Part shown: positions 20,881 through 34,900 of the stretch, in pieces
How positions within the stretch are numbered: position 1 is the stretch's first letter
How the letters are laid out: every line of letters starts with the position of its first letter
Source: Sphagnum compactum
Taxonomy: Eukaryota
DNA length: 64,000 nt
NCBI GenBank assembly: GCA_965153455.1
Contig: OZ234493.1
Span: 62,001-126,000 of the forward strand
Direction: 5' to 3'
The notes under the pieces: model-generated
Seen by the model: the letters and a program-made list of their open reading frames with translations, nothing else
Databases searched by the model: none
What the model was told of the DNA's origin: nothing
Made by a program: the position numbers and the translations under genes

Positions 20881-21691
20881 TGTCGCAACCCCATTTTGGC
20901 CAAGTGTGGGGGTGAAGCCCAACACTTGGAAAAGTTAGAGGTTTGGAGCCCTCCGGGACTCCTGAATGTTCACAGCTCGACAGCAAGGCCCAAAACACCT
21001 CGCATTGAAGTGTTCTTGGTGTCATTGGAAAGTCTTGAAACTTAGATGTCGAAAATGGTCTTGCATTGGCCATTCGGACATCTGCAGCCCAAGTTATGGG
21101 CAAAAGAAGGGCCAAGAGTCAAACTGGCAGTTTGACTCCTGACCACTAAAAGTCAGTAATCGAACCTTTCCCAACGTCGCCTTAGAGATTGTGACATGGT
21201 GTTAGAAAGATCTCGACGAGGGCTACAATTTGGTTCAAACCTTGTTACGATCGGACTCTGCAGTCGGGAGTTATGGCTGTTCAAAGTTCCGAGAGTCCCG
21301 CCGGGACAATTTCGAGACTCCATTTCGGGAGTCCCAACAAAATGTGCCATTTGGATGTAGCCTCGGCGGCGAGCTGCAGAGAATACTATATGGGGGAAGG
21401 TGGTGGCTTCCCCCGAGTCCGGGCCGTGGTGAATCTTGTGTGTCCAAGTGCCCGTGGCTTGTCCCAACACCAAAGGGTGTCCCGAATGCTAAACTAACCT
21501 CTTGTGGTTGGTTTTTGGATGCAGATTCACACAAGCTAAGCTAGTCCCTCTTCGTAGTCTAATCCCTGGGCTCCCAACTCGACCCTCTACCCCTCTTTAG
21601 AGTTGGAAGCCGGAAGCGTGCCTTTCGGTCCTAACTTTCCGAAACTTCACATTGGTGAACCCTCAAGTGGGTTCACCCAAGGAGCGCGTCA
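20881..21691 (+). repeat. 3' LTR of element A (811 bp)
   Basis: TG...CA ends, follows the PPT. Confidence 0.93.
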
Positions 21692-22450
21692 CTTGGAGTT
21701 CTCCGGGACTCCCAAAAACTCAGAAGCAATTACAGGGGGTCAAAACACCTCGCCTTGAGGTGTTTTTTATATCAATAGAAAGTTCTTGAAGTGTAGATGT
21801 CTAAAATGGCCTTGCATTAGCCATTTGGACATTTGCAGCCCAAGTTATGGGCAAAAGAAGAGCCGAGAGTCAAAACTGGCAATTTGACTCCCAATCACTA
21901 AAAGTCAAGAATCGACCTCTTCTCAATGTCTGCAGAAAGAGTGCGACATGGCGTTGAAAAGCTCTCGAAGAGAGCTACAACTTTGGTTCAAAGATCACTC
22001 CAATCAGAGGTTGGAGCTGGGAGATACGAGCTCCCAAAGTTTCGGAACTCCAACCCGGGACAATTTCGGGACTCCAACTTGGGAGTCCCGGGAAAAAGAG
22101 CCATTCGGATGTAGCCTCCGCGGTGAGACGCAGAGAATAATATATGAGGGAGGTGGTGGCTTCCCCCGAGTCCGGGCCGTGGTGAGTCAAATGAGTCCAA
22201 CTTAGCCCGTGGCTTGTCCAAACACCAAAAAGGTGCAGAATGAGTTCTAACCAACTTGGGGTTGGTTTTGATGCAGATTTGAGTAGGTGAAACGCTTGTC
22301 CTCTTCCTAGTCTAATCCCGGGACTTCTAGCACGCCTCTCTACCCCTTTCTAGTGTTGGAAGTCGGGAGCGGCCCCCAAGTCCCAACTTTCCGCGACTCT
22401 ACATAGTTGAACCCTCAAGTGGGTTCAACGAGGGACTTAGGAGCGCGTCA
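21692..22450 (+). repeat. LTR D (solo or 3' LTR, C-type subfamily) into which element A inserted
   Basis: Matches LTR C from ~60 bp in through GCGCGTCA at 22450. No PBS follows. Confidence 0.87.
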
Positions 22451-22825
22451 TCATGAGAGCCACTTATTCAAGGAGCGAGGATTTTTGGATTCCTCTCAGC
22501 TCTTAAAAATAGAGCGGAATGGCAGTTTGCCAATGGATGACACTGCTAAGACTCATGTATCGCTGAGTGTTACCATATCATGGATTTATGTACAATGCCA
22601 AGAAGCCATCTTGATGATCATGGCTGCTAGTTCTGTGAGTTCTTTTTACCTTGCTGACTGGACCATTGTGATACTAATTTATTTCCAAGAGTTTTGGTTC
22701 AAATAGCCCATTCTATTACATTCGTAAACCAATTGGTGGCATCTCCTCTCAGTAAGTCTCCAATACTTTCTGGTGCTATGATCTGGACTTTGGTTACTGT
22801 GTAATATTTTGAATGTGGAATTTTG

Positions 22826-23775
22826 ATGGCAGAGTCATTGGCCGGTACATCAGCTATGGCCACCTCGTGAGGACAAGCGAAGTATTGAAATGGATGTGGT
22901 CTTGTTCCGTGGGCTCCAATTAACTGCAAATGACAATGGTGATGCCTGGAAGGGCAGAGGGACACAACGAGGTCATGATGATGTATGTTGGCCTGAAGAA
23001 TGGCTGCCAATTGATTTGGGGGAAGCTGTGCACATTTTCTCAATTTCATACAATGCACATGTACTAGAAAGCTCCCCTCCTGGTCATGTATCACATATTG
23101 TGAATAATGTATACCAAATTCTCATCAATCCTAGGTATAAGTCACCTTTCTTTGATTGTCAAAATGTCATGTTTGGGCAAATATAGTGGTTTCACTCACA
23201 AATATATCAAGCAACTAAAATTTTCAAATTTAGGATTTGTTACTCAATCGTTGTGTCATCTCTCAATCGTATAGAAAATCTGTACATTTATCAATGATAG
23301 TATATTGGCCAACTATAGATGGTGTTTCAACACTTCCTGAAAACTGAACATATCACAGTAATGTATAGTGCAGGGTGAATGGAATCATCCTTATTTGCTG
23401 AAATATGCTATGTTTTTAGAAATTGGTGTTAAAAAGCTTAGTTTTGAAAGTGGAAAGGGCCTTGACTTTCTAAAATCTGAAAATGCCACGAAGACAGTTG
23501 CAGTGCAGGAATGTGCAACGATTCTTTTGAGCGATGTCAGAGGTGTGCACTCGATGATATATTTCAGTCACACATAAATATAGACTTAACTAATATGAAA
23601 TGTGGAAATCAATTAAATATTTCCTCGAAGTTCAGTGTAGCAAATGAATATGTTTTGTGCAAGTATAAATGGCATCATCCTATTGTGTTAATAGGCCATA
23701 GTTTTGGAGGGTTGGTGTCGAAGAGCTTGGTTGTAAAATTGAAGAGGAAATCAACCATTAGAAATCGTATTAATT
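22826..23775 (+). pseudogene. alpha/beta-hydrolase domain pseudogene resembling the N-terminus of bryophyte hydrolase-NB-ARC-LRR (HNL) receptors
   Basis: Exon 1 MDVVLFRGLQL..VCWPEEWLP.DLGEAV.IFSISYNA, donor GT at 23135. Exon 2 YKWHHPIVLIGHSFGGLVSKSL carries the GxSxG nucleophile elbow. The in-phase acceptor reads CAA instead of CAG, the start is frameshifted and the 3' part is truncated. Confidence 0.78.
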
Positions 23776-26700
23776 CCAAGCTTGCATGTACTTGTTCACT
23801 ATTATTCGTTCAATGCCTCTTACAAAACCAAGGAAAGAATAGAAGAATAAAAGAAAATACATTAGCACAAATTGAAAAAAATAGGGAAAAAAAAGATAAA
23901 TGATAAAAAAAAGAAACAAAGCAAAGAAGAGGTAAAATTGGGAAATATGGCCAAAAAAAAAATCCAGTAAGAAAAGGAAAAGAAGAATATAAAAAAGGAG
24001 AAAAAAAGGAAAACAAAAAATGAAGACTAGGGAAAAAGAGGGCAGGACAGAAATAAGGGGGAAAAATCTTTTTTTTTTTAAATTTAAAAGGGAAAGACAA
24101 ACAAGACAAACAAGAAGAAAGAAAAAATGGAAAGTGGGGTAGCTTATAATCGCCTGATAACCAAAAGAAAAATATTTTCCTTTGGAAGATTTATAAAATA
24201 AAATAAAAAAGATTTGTAAATTAAAAAGTCCCCTTGAAGAAAAATGTATATATATCGTTGACCTTTCACAATCTATGGAAATATATATATTATTTCAACA
24301 CCTCCACCTTTACATTTTCCTAAAATAACCTTCACCTCTTGTGCACCTCCTTTGAAGACCCCAAAAAAAAATCTTTGCATACCTTCACTCCCTTCTAGTT
24401 AAATAGCCCAAACATTAGAAAATTTCCTCATCGAAATTAAATCTTGCTTAAGGGGCCAATAGGATGGAGAGAGAAAAATAAAAAATAAATTACAACCTAA
24501 CCTTAAACCCACTTTGAACAAGAAATTTAATTTTTTTTTATAAAATCCCCCCCCCCCTTTTTATTTTAGGTTAGTTTAACCAAGTTTAAATGAACTTAGT
24601 CGGGTTGAATTTAATTAAATAAATTTAACTAGGTTTAGTTTATTTTAGTTCAGATAAAATGAATTAAACCAACCCTAAAAAAAACTCAAGGCGCACCCCC
24701 TCCCCCTGAACAATGAATAAATATAATACAACAATTCCCTTGGCCCCTCTCAATAGTAAAAAGTAATTTATGAAAGTTACAAGCAGTAAAAAAAGTAACA
24801 AAAAGTAACAAACAGTGAACCTTCAATAATAAAAAATAATTTACAGAAGTTACAAGCAGTAAAAAAATAACAAAAAGTAACAAAAAGTGAAAAAGGTCAA
24901 CAAAAATAGCCCCGCACTACAGGAAAACAGTCCCGCACTACGGTCTGTTTTTGGTGGTCAAACAGCCCCCAGCCCCGCACACTGCGAGCGTAGTGCGCAG
25001 ATCATATGTATAGGCCTAATTCTAAATTAAGTTATGGATAAGAAGATCAAAAACAAAATATGATGTGTGCACGATGTGAATGTAAATGAACTTTATTATT
25101 AAAACATGACAATAACACAACAAAATTATGACAAATATATGTATTCAAAACTATTGTTCAATAAAATGAAAGTAATGAGAAATTTTACTTCTATTTATAC
25201 CCCTTGGGCATTTCATTCAAAGAATTTTTTCCAGAAATTTGCGACCTGCATCTAGCCCATGTGTGCCCATATGCAGCCCCTGTGTGCCCATGTCCACCCC
25301 TGTGTGAATTATGAATGAACTAAGATTCTATTAGGAGTGAATTGAAATTCCACTAAAAGCAAATTGAAAATTAACTAAAAATTAACTTAAAGTCCATTAA
25401 ATTAATTAAAAATGAACTAAGAGGTAATTACAAGTGAATTGGAAATGAATTAAAGTTTAATTCGTAGCTTAATAAAAATGAACTAAAATTAAATTAGAAG
25501 TTAGGTACAAGTTTATTACGAATGTTCATATGAATGAACTCCATAGCATTGGCATTTGTGACAAGTAAATCCTTTCGAATAATCTTATTTTATTTTGGGT
25601 TTAACCTTTAGGGCCAATTTTTTATTATTATTTTATTTTAAGTGTCACATTTTTCTTAAATAATCCTAATGCATTTAATTACATATTTTACAAACTTGAA
25701 AGGTAGTACAACCAATATGAGATAAAAAAAAAGAAAGTTGCATCCTAGTTGCAATTCATTTGTAACTACTACGAGACCAATTCATGGGCAAACACTTAAA
25801 CTTTCAAATAGCTTTAAATTTTAATACATTATCTTTTTGCCTTTCCAATGCAAAAGGTTTTTTCTAATCCTTGATTTTGGCACACCCATGTTTGTTTAAA
25901 TTGCTTTAAAAACTAAAAAATGAAAAAGACGTGGTTGTCAAAAGTAAATGGGGTTAATGTTTGGTCATTAACCTAATTCACATTTTAAGATTCATCGCAT
26001 TCATCTTCTTCGTGGTTACTTTTTATTGTTCCTTTATCTCTAGAGCTTAAATGATTCCTGTAGATATTAACTTGATGCATCCGTTCCATTTTTGATCACT
26101 GAAAATGAACAAAAAACAAGGAAAATATCATATTTAGAAATAAAAGGTCATATTAAAAAAAAACATGTTTTGTGCTTCTTCTATGTTGTTCCTTTGCCTC
26201 TAGGGTTGAAACATGTAATGTAAAGTTCTCTTCGATGTTTAGAATAAAATATTTTAAGGTTTACAAAATAATATTTGTGGACATTCCAATGGAATTGATA
26301 ATACAATGTATACATTATTTGAATCCCTTTAGGATTACGCTTTCACTTTCAATAAATTATACAATTTGTAGGTGGTATCATAGTGTGTTGGTTGCAACGT
26401 AGTTAATGCTCAATCATATTGACGTTGAACGAAAGTCCCAAATTGGTGGATTGGTAGTATTTACATAGTGAAAACCTAATAGTAGTAGTTGTATTAATGG
26501 TAAGTTTAGTTGAAAATTAATTGTATAAAAGTTAAAAGTGCCATTTCGAATGGATGCTGAAAATGTGGACATGTGGCTTGACAATACGTGCCATTTTGTA
26601 CAGTTAACTCAAATGTAATCACACACAAAGTTGCACATGAAATCGCACATATAGGCCGCTCGTACAATAGTTGTACAATGTAATTATTGTGCAACTTGCT

Positions 26701-28956
26701 CACAAAGTCGAATATATTTGACCCTGACCATATAGACGATGTGTACATACATTTGTATAAGATCCCTTTTGCAATTGATGTGTAATTATAATAGAATTCA
26801 AATAACATGAATGTTTAAAACAAAAATAATTATATTTTTAGAAGGTAGTTGTAAGTTAATTGTATGGTAGTTTCCTATGAGTCCTTAGTTGTAAAGTAGT
26901 TAGCTTTCCATGGATATGATTTCTTATAGTGAACTTGCCCATATTTTTCGTTAACTACTTTCACCTTTTGTTTGTGATGAGATAGGGTACAAACATGTTC
27001 ATTATTGATGTGTTTTATCGTGCGTATGAATTCATGAAAAGGATTGTAAAAAAAATAGTTTTTTTTGTTTGTGTTTGGTTATTGCTAGAAGTTGCTTGAC
27101 ATGGTGCGCAATATGCATTTCATGTGTGAGTAGTTTGAATTTTAACCGTTGGGTCATTGAGTAGGAAAAATGCCAAAACGATTGAGTTGCAACAATGAGG
27201 AACCCAAAATAGTTTATTGTTTTACAACTTTTCCAATTGCGCGTTCTGAGTGATTTTTTGTTCAACGAGCTTTTCATTGACATTCTCTATTACGTGGCTC
27301 ATCCATGGTGCGGTAGTTGGTGCATTTGGTCTTCGCCACAATGTCAATAATTTCATCTATTTCCCCTTCCTTAGCAAGATCTTTCAAATCAGAATTTGAG
27401 AATGCATTAAAACCTATCACAAAATTCACAAGGTTGGAAACCCTAACCCCCGCCCTAAACCCCTGTGAACTCTAAAGATTCCTAAGAATGGAAATTTCAA
27501 TTGATCCACATGATTGCAATGATCATCGTGGCATCGAGAAAAATCCAAAATAATGAAACCAAATCACTAAATAACAACCGCAATGACTATACTATAACTT
27601 CGCATGCTTTTTGCAAATCCTAGTAAAATAACATATGACATGCCAAATTGAAAAAATGCACCAAAAATTTGCCATTTACAAGGTTAAGGATTCAAGGTTT
27701 ACAAGTTTTGAAATATTGTTATAATAGTTGTAACACATCTCATCGTTGAGTTGAAATAAAAAGTTAGCTCGCAGAAAACAAACATAAATACAGTTGTTGC
27801 CAAGGGATTGGTGCGCTTGGGTTCCGTGACGAAGGACCGAGGGCATGACAACATGAAATGGTACAAAGAGCATGGCAACCCATTCCTCTATTCCAAAAGG
27901 AAAAAAAAGGCTCTTCTGTGGCAACTTTAGAATTTTGTCCCTGCATCTCGTTAGCATGCAAACTCACCTGTGCTCTAACATTTGTTGGAGTTGGGTTTTC
28001 CAAACAGGCACCGTCCTGTTTGCTTTGTGAAGAATAGTCCCAAGTCCATGGATGCTGCAAAACTGGCAGGATTCGCTGACCTGAAAGTGAGTGGATTCTT
28101 CTCCTTACCAATCTTTTGTTGTTGTCTGTTTTCAATTGTTGTATGAATTCTGTGCAAAAGCCAGCAAAAGAATCACTAATGTAGCAGAGAAAATTCGCAC
28201 AATTAGCGGTTACCATGAATGCTGTAATGGAGCTTCTTCAGGTCTAAGAATGCTTGGGGAATGGGTTTCCGGAACTCTTGGGCAACAAATTAAGCAAATG
28301 ATGAGCTTTCTGTTCTTTCAACAGGAAGATGCAAAGTGCTTGATCAAGCTTTTCTTCAACTTTCCTTAGTTGTAAAGCATGCATTGCTTCCAATTGTGTA
28401 TGATTATGAATCTAGGGCATGCAGTTTTGTGTCCCATATCTATTTGGCTGCCCCATAAATGCATTGCTTGCACACTTTTTGGATGTTTGTTGCGAGACTC
28501 CAGATTGACCACAGCAATGGTTTTTTGACCCAATGCAGGACTTTGATCATGATGTTTTAGGAGCACTTACAGTATGCACAACTGATGTAGAACCTTCTGA
28601 CAAGCATGATGATAAACGGATAAGGATTGATGTTGCATCTGCTTCTTCTGAGAAGGAGCGAAAGGGCCGGGTTCGCATGCCTGGCTTATCTTTGGATTCG
28701 CTCATTCTGCATTTTTTTTCAGCATTGACATCTAAAACTTCTTCCCAGATTTACTCTATAGAGTGTCATTCTCTCAGAATATAGTCATGCTATCAGCTGC
28801 CAGTGTTCAGGATTTCTACCGCACCTTATTTGGAATGACAATGCTAGTCACAAAGATGACAACAATAGTCTGGGGGCTAACTAGGTCAGGTCTGTTGCTG
28901 CTGCAGGTGATGTTGTACAATGCAAAGTTGTGGGAGAAGACTCTTCAGAGCTTTGA

Positions 28957-28980
28957 CCTTAAACCCTAAACCCTAAACCC
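28957..28980 (+). repeat. Short interstitial plant telomere repeat (CCCTAAA)x3
   Basis: ccttaaa ccctaaa ccctaaa ccc. Confidence 0.7.
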
Positions 28981-31900
28981 CTCAGACTGTGCATGGAGAT
29001 TTGCGATAATGATATATTGAACGAGTTTTAACTTGAATGTCCATCCATGTAGAACCCGCTTTCGGTATAAAGGTATTTTCCATGTTGGCCCGTCCGAATT
29101 AATTTATGCAACAAACAACACCTAAGCCAAAACCAGTTCAACATGCACATTTGACAGAACAACAAAGGCAACTTCTGCCAAAAAATACAAATTTTGGAAA
29201 TGCTGAAAATTTCAAATTTTACTTTTCTCAAAAAAAAATTGTGAAGGAAATTGAAGAATATTTTTATTTTTGAAATGCAATTTTCAATTTTACTTAATTA
29301 TTCAGCAGACATGTGTTGAAGCCACCCCTGTACTACAGTCTTATGCAATGTTCATTGGTGGGGTAGGGAGAATTAGCTAGCTACTCTAAGAATTGACCTG
29401 AGAATTGGGACATCCAGTGGAGGAACGAAAACACCCCAACAAAAAAAATAGTCCCACCTATGTGACTCCATGTTTCTTTTAGTAAATTTTTAATGCAGCC
29501 AAAACAAGATCATCCATAAGAAGGTGCAGAAAAAGTGGCCATCATCATGGGGAGGATTTAGCCAAATATGATTATAACCCAAATATGAAATGAAAAGATT
29601 TAGTCATCCTTCTATATTTTTGGTTGTACGTATAGAAATACAATATTGGTATCTAACAATTTGTACTATTTGTTCCTTCACTTCTAGCCATTTTTTTCAT
29701 TTCCAAGCTTTTTATTTTAAATTTTGGTGAGTTTAAAAAAAGGCTGATGTCAATAAAGATACCTGCAATTATTACTCTCCACTGGCCATAGGGAACTTGC
29801 CTCCTTTGGCATGAGGATTTTTGGTCCTAAAGATAACCTTCTCCAAATTTCAACTGCCACCAATTCCAACAATTCGATTCAACATGGTTCACAAAGGAAT
29901 CCATGATCACAAACAAGTAGCCATAAACCCATGCCATGACCAAGATGGCTGGATGCTTGTTTGCAATTGCTCATAATAAAGCATAAGACAAAGGAAGTAA
30001 TCGACCATGTTACTAAAGTGAAAACTTTTGGCAAGGAGCAGAGGTGTCAACAAATTCTTGCCATCGCATCGGCATGAAATTGATCAGAAACACAACATTA
30101 GCGCATTTCAAGTCCAAAGTATGGCATTTTGATTGACTGGCTTCAATGAGGCTATTTGGGGAACATGGGTCTTCTTCGCAACATGATGCCACCATATATG
30201 CTTATATGGCTTACGTGGAGTACTGACCAGTTGCTACTTATGAAGACAATAATTCTTCATTCATTGTGCAACCTTATTCTACAAGGTTTCTACAACATCT
30301 TTCCTTTTCTTTTTTTTCTTTTTCTTTTTTCCCCATTTTCCAACTTCAAACTTTCTATCCATTATGTGACTTTCTTTTTCAAAATTTCCTCCACCATGCA
30401 ATATTTCTTAGCATGTGGAAAAGTTTATCAAATGGATGAAAATTTGTAAAAACGTTGCATTATGGGTGAGAATTTGCTGACTGAAGATGAGAAGTTGAGG
30501 GCATATTCATCCATTATTTGCAACCTTCAAAATATTCATCATGCAATGTTCCCACCTTCCTTTGGGGAAAAGAACGAGAAGTTGAGTAGCAATATCTCAT
30601 TTGGAAGGAGGGGGGGGGGGGGGGGGGCGTCCAAAGAAAAAAGAAAACCCCTGACACAATAGCAACTCCCAAGGATAAAACCCCTTGACAAGCCAAAAAG
30701 AAAATACATGCTCAAGAAAACTTCAAAGAAAAAAAATTGCCCCCAAAAAACAAGGAAAAACACATTTAACAAGCAAAAGAAAAATAGAGGGGGACAACTT
30801 CCCCGGGGAAGGTTGTACAATGTTGCCCCTAAAACCTTCTCATGGCATCACAACCATTGCTCCCCAACACTTTCGTCAGGGAAGGTGCTGTGTAATGTTG
30901 CTTAGAAAACATTGCCTTCCTTAGGGAACATTACCTTTTTAAGGCAACACAACCATTGCTCCTCAACTGTTTCTTTGCCCAAGTTGTTTGGGGAGCACAC
31001 CATCTTTCTCCTTTCTTAGATGAAATCCGTTTGAGAAAAAGATGTGTCCATAAAAAGATTTGAAGCTTGGACCTCAAACATAATAAAAAATCTCAATCAT
31101 TATGCCATAATATTTTCTTCAAAAACTAAATTATGTGATCATAGTTAAAACAATTATCATAATTTATGTACCTTGAAAAATTTGGGAAACAAGCATAAAT
31201 CCCTCCCTTTCTATCTTGTTTTTATTTCCATATGGTTCTCAATAATTCATCATTATTTATGTAAAATCTTAAAATTGTGCCTTTTCATGTCCATGTAGAT
31301 GTCCATGTCCATGGGAAAGAGGTCAAGTAGATATATAGGTTTGAAAGAAGTAATATATTGAATTATTTTAATACAGATAAAATGGACATGGCATGGCACA
31401 TGTTCAATTGGCTTTTCATATCTATGGAGGTGGTTAAGTTTGCAAGAGGTAGGTTTGGACAACACAAATAGATATATATATCATTATTTAATGAGACAAA
31501 TGATTTCATCTTGGGTGTTTGTGGCATGCATGCATGCATAGTTTTTGCGTTAGAGTTTAGAGTTGCACTTAGTTCATTGGTGTTGTTTAGTGCTTGCCCT
31601 AGCAAACTATCCAAATTGCGTAAATTTGACAAAAACTACCCCACATAAAAATCTCAATTGAAATGTGGCAAAAAGATTTCACCAAAAAAATTTCTCAAAA
31701 ATTTGAGAATTTTTTTTTTCCCTAATACACAGGGAATTTGCAATAGGATATTTTTTGATTCACTTGGTTTTGTTGCCAGGATGTAAACAGTCACCATAAG
31801 AACACAAATACTACTCTCACCTTCTTGAGAATAATCAACATCAAACATTAGTGATGGGTATGGTACAACACATAAATTTATACCTTGGGTTCCCCACCAA

Positions 31901-34900
31901 ATTTTTTTATTGTCAATTCTTTCAAATAATTATTCCAAGTAATTTTTATTTTGGGGGGTTATGTTGATATGTATTTGAACAAACACAAAAAAATGGTTCT
32001 TCTAAACCTTCCAGTTGTTATAATTTTGTCTTGTGAAGACCTTTACAGACCCTTTCATTTCCAAGCTCCATCAGTATTTGCTAGGAAGTAATGGAACTTT
32101 GAGACACACAAAAGACATTATGTTTTGAACCAAAGGGTACCTTGATTGGCAATTGAAACAAATAGGGAACCAAATACCTAGGTGCAAGATTGATTAGTTA
32201 GTCTTTGGGAAACTTCGGCATAAGATCTGATACCCAAGTATAAGGTACATGGTACCCAAGTAAACTTTGATGCCCACCCAATACATGTAGGTAGTTCATA
32301 TCCAAGGCTTGGCCACCTAAGTAGCTCACATAGGTCCACATTGTTTGAAGTTAGCAAGAAACCTTTTCCCCTTGTTGTCCTTTCATATCTTTGGCTTCTA
32401 TACAAGTGCAATTGTTGTTGAGGGAGAAGCCCATGTGTAGGATGTAGATCCAACTGCCCGAGGTTGAAAAGGCAAGCCCAGCATGGGGTGCACCTTCACT
32501 AAACCATAACTAGTGTATAAAATCCAAAACCAGATTGGATTTTGTGTATGTTTTGGGGGGTGTGAATTGTGTGCTTGCAAGCATCTGATTGCCCAAACAT
32601 AGCTAGAAAGAATTGGATTGATCATGTTGAAATCAACAAAATTATGAAGTTTTATCTGCTTTGCAACCAAAGAAGAAAGAAAGAACAACCCAAGTTCAAT
32701 TGTGAGAAATCCTTGTCTTTCTTCTCCTACTTGCCCAAAGAGTTCAATTCACAAAGAAGAATAACCCAGGCTTGTTTCAACTTTCAAATTTGTAGGTTAC
32801 CAAATTCTTAAATCTTAGCCCATGCAAATATTTCACATATCACATATACCATGCATGAATTTGCATCAAAGTCATTGCTCGTTCTTTGAAAATTTTGTGC
32901 AACCCAAATGTGATAGTTGATTTCATGTTGGATGCTTCACACCATGATAGGAATGAAGACTTTTTGTTTCAATCACAAATTTCTGGATTTTATCTGAAAT
33001 GTTAAATAATATGGGTTTGTGCAGGTGAAATTGACATGCACATATCAAAAGTTTTGAAATAGGTATATGTTGAAACAGGACTAATAGCTGCTGGAATTTG
33101 GGATTATCTTCTTCAAGAGAGAACATTTAGCCAAAATGAACAACAATCTATTGACAGAAAGAGCCCTGCATGGCGTCTTCAATACCACAAGCTACATTAC
33201 ATTTGGCACTACAGATGACCCTCTCCCATACCCTCACAAGGATGGTAATTTATTACATGGATTTCAATTTCAAAAGCCCACTAATATAACATTTTGTGGG
33301 TAGGTAGGCTTGGAAAGAATGTGTCATGTTTTGAACTTGCATTGCACCCAGATTAATTAGTCGGTCAAGTGAGTGAATTAAGATGATAAAGGAAAATCTC
33401 CATGAAATTAGATTAGTCATGTGCAAGCAACTTTGTTGCTACTTTTGATAATAATGTACATTCTTAACTTCAACAGATAACAATAGTTATGCAAGACCTT
33501 GGTGTTTTTTTCCAAGTCAAATTTGTGATGTCTTATAAGATTTAACACAATTTGGCTATCTGTTGGAACCTATTGTAGAAATATGGTCATTTGTATTAGT
33601 TTTTTTTGAAATTAGGTGGATTTCTGCCATTTTTAGATTTTAAATCCTTTGTATGGGTCAAAAAATGGTGAAATTTCTCCACAAGAAAAAATCCACTGCA
33701 GTTTACTTACAGCAGATGAGTGATAGATATATGCTTGTTGTTCTTTATGTTTTCCTTATTTTTTTGCTTTATCAGAAGGTTTAAGGTTTTCAAAATTAGC
33801 AAGGTGAAGTTTTTCATAAAGAGTTGAAAGAGCAAAATATTCCACTTGAGGTTACCAGAACACAATGATGATATCAAAATCTAGTGATTTTTATTTATTC
33901 AAATTCTAGTGATTGAAACTCATACAAGTCATTCTATTTTATTTTTATAAATAATTTAATTTCTCCATGTAAAAATAAGCCATTGTGGAAGTTGTTGATG
34001 TTATTAAACACATGATGAATGATGGGTTGATGTGCAGTGCCGCGCAGCAATTTCTCTGGCAAACAGATGCAATCCCACACCCCAAAATTGGGCTTCCAAA
34101 CAAATGATGTCTTCTTCCAAAAAGAACATCCATGGGTGTCTGATGTACATATTCTCCACTCATTTCAATTTTAGTGCTTCCTCTTTCCTTTAACAAAGTT
34201 GTAGATGGAAAACTTTCATTACAAGATCATTTTCCAAGGATAGGCCAATTTCAGAAGACCATTCTCGCACTCTCCATTCACAACCCTTTGCTAGATTACA
34301 TACAAGATTGTTTGGTTTAGTGGTTTGCAACATGTAAGTTAAAGCCTTAAAGATGGGACCATTCCCAAAATAAGGGGCCTAGGACAAGGTGCAGAAGATG
34401 AGACATCCAACCCCACATTTTGTGGGCCTTACCCACCAAGAGCATGCAAGGTGAAATTTATCAAAAGCTTAAACATAAGTAGATCATGAGATGGTATGGG
34501 AGGGATCTTCCACTTACATGGTAGGTGTAAACTACCACCTCCTCATAAATTGTATGCATAAGCCTCCTTTTTTCTAGGCAAGATGAGATTCATGGATATA
34601 AGCTGCACTCCTAATATGTTACAAAAATTCTTCAATTGCTTTACAAGATTGACATCTTACATTTTGCCATCACATTCTAACCATCCAATATACCCCGGGA
34701 TGGGTGAACTTGAACTTCACACTTGATTCCTGCCTTCATAGGTCCCTCATTTTGGTGACATACCCACCCAAGGGCCTTTCCCTACACTTATGAAAAGAGT
34801 AGTAAAATATTATTAAGATAAAATTCAACATTCCTTCACCCTCAAGTTAATGCCCTCCTTAAATGACAACCACAGTAGAGGAGGGCATTGTGTTACTGTC

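Larger units (their letters stand above)
14976..21691 (+). mobile_element. Near-complete Ty3/Gypsy chromovirus (Tcn1-like), element A
   Basis: Truncated 5' LTR 14976-15578, PBS 15581-15592, gag-pol 15621-20099 with chromodomain, PPT 20869-20880, 3' LTR 20881-21691. Tcn1 clade assignment is an inference. Confidence 0.93.

Noticed and set aside
24905-25010. GC-rich CCCGCACTAC repeats suggestive of a DNA transposon or Helitron end
   Set aside because: No matching opposite terminus or TSD could be identified.
27764-28969. Gene-like segment with ORFs of 150, 92 and 83 aa
   Set aside because: Some splice-like signals are present, but I could not build a consistent exon chain or recognise a product.
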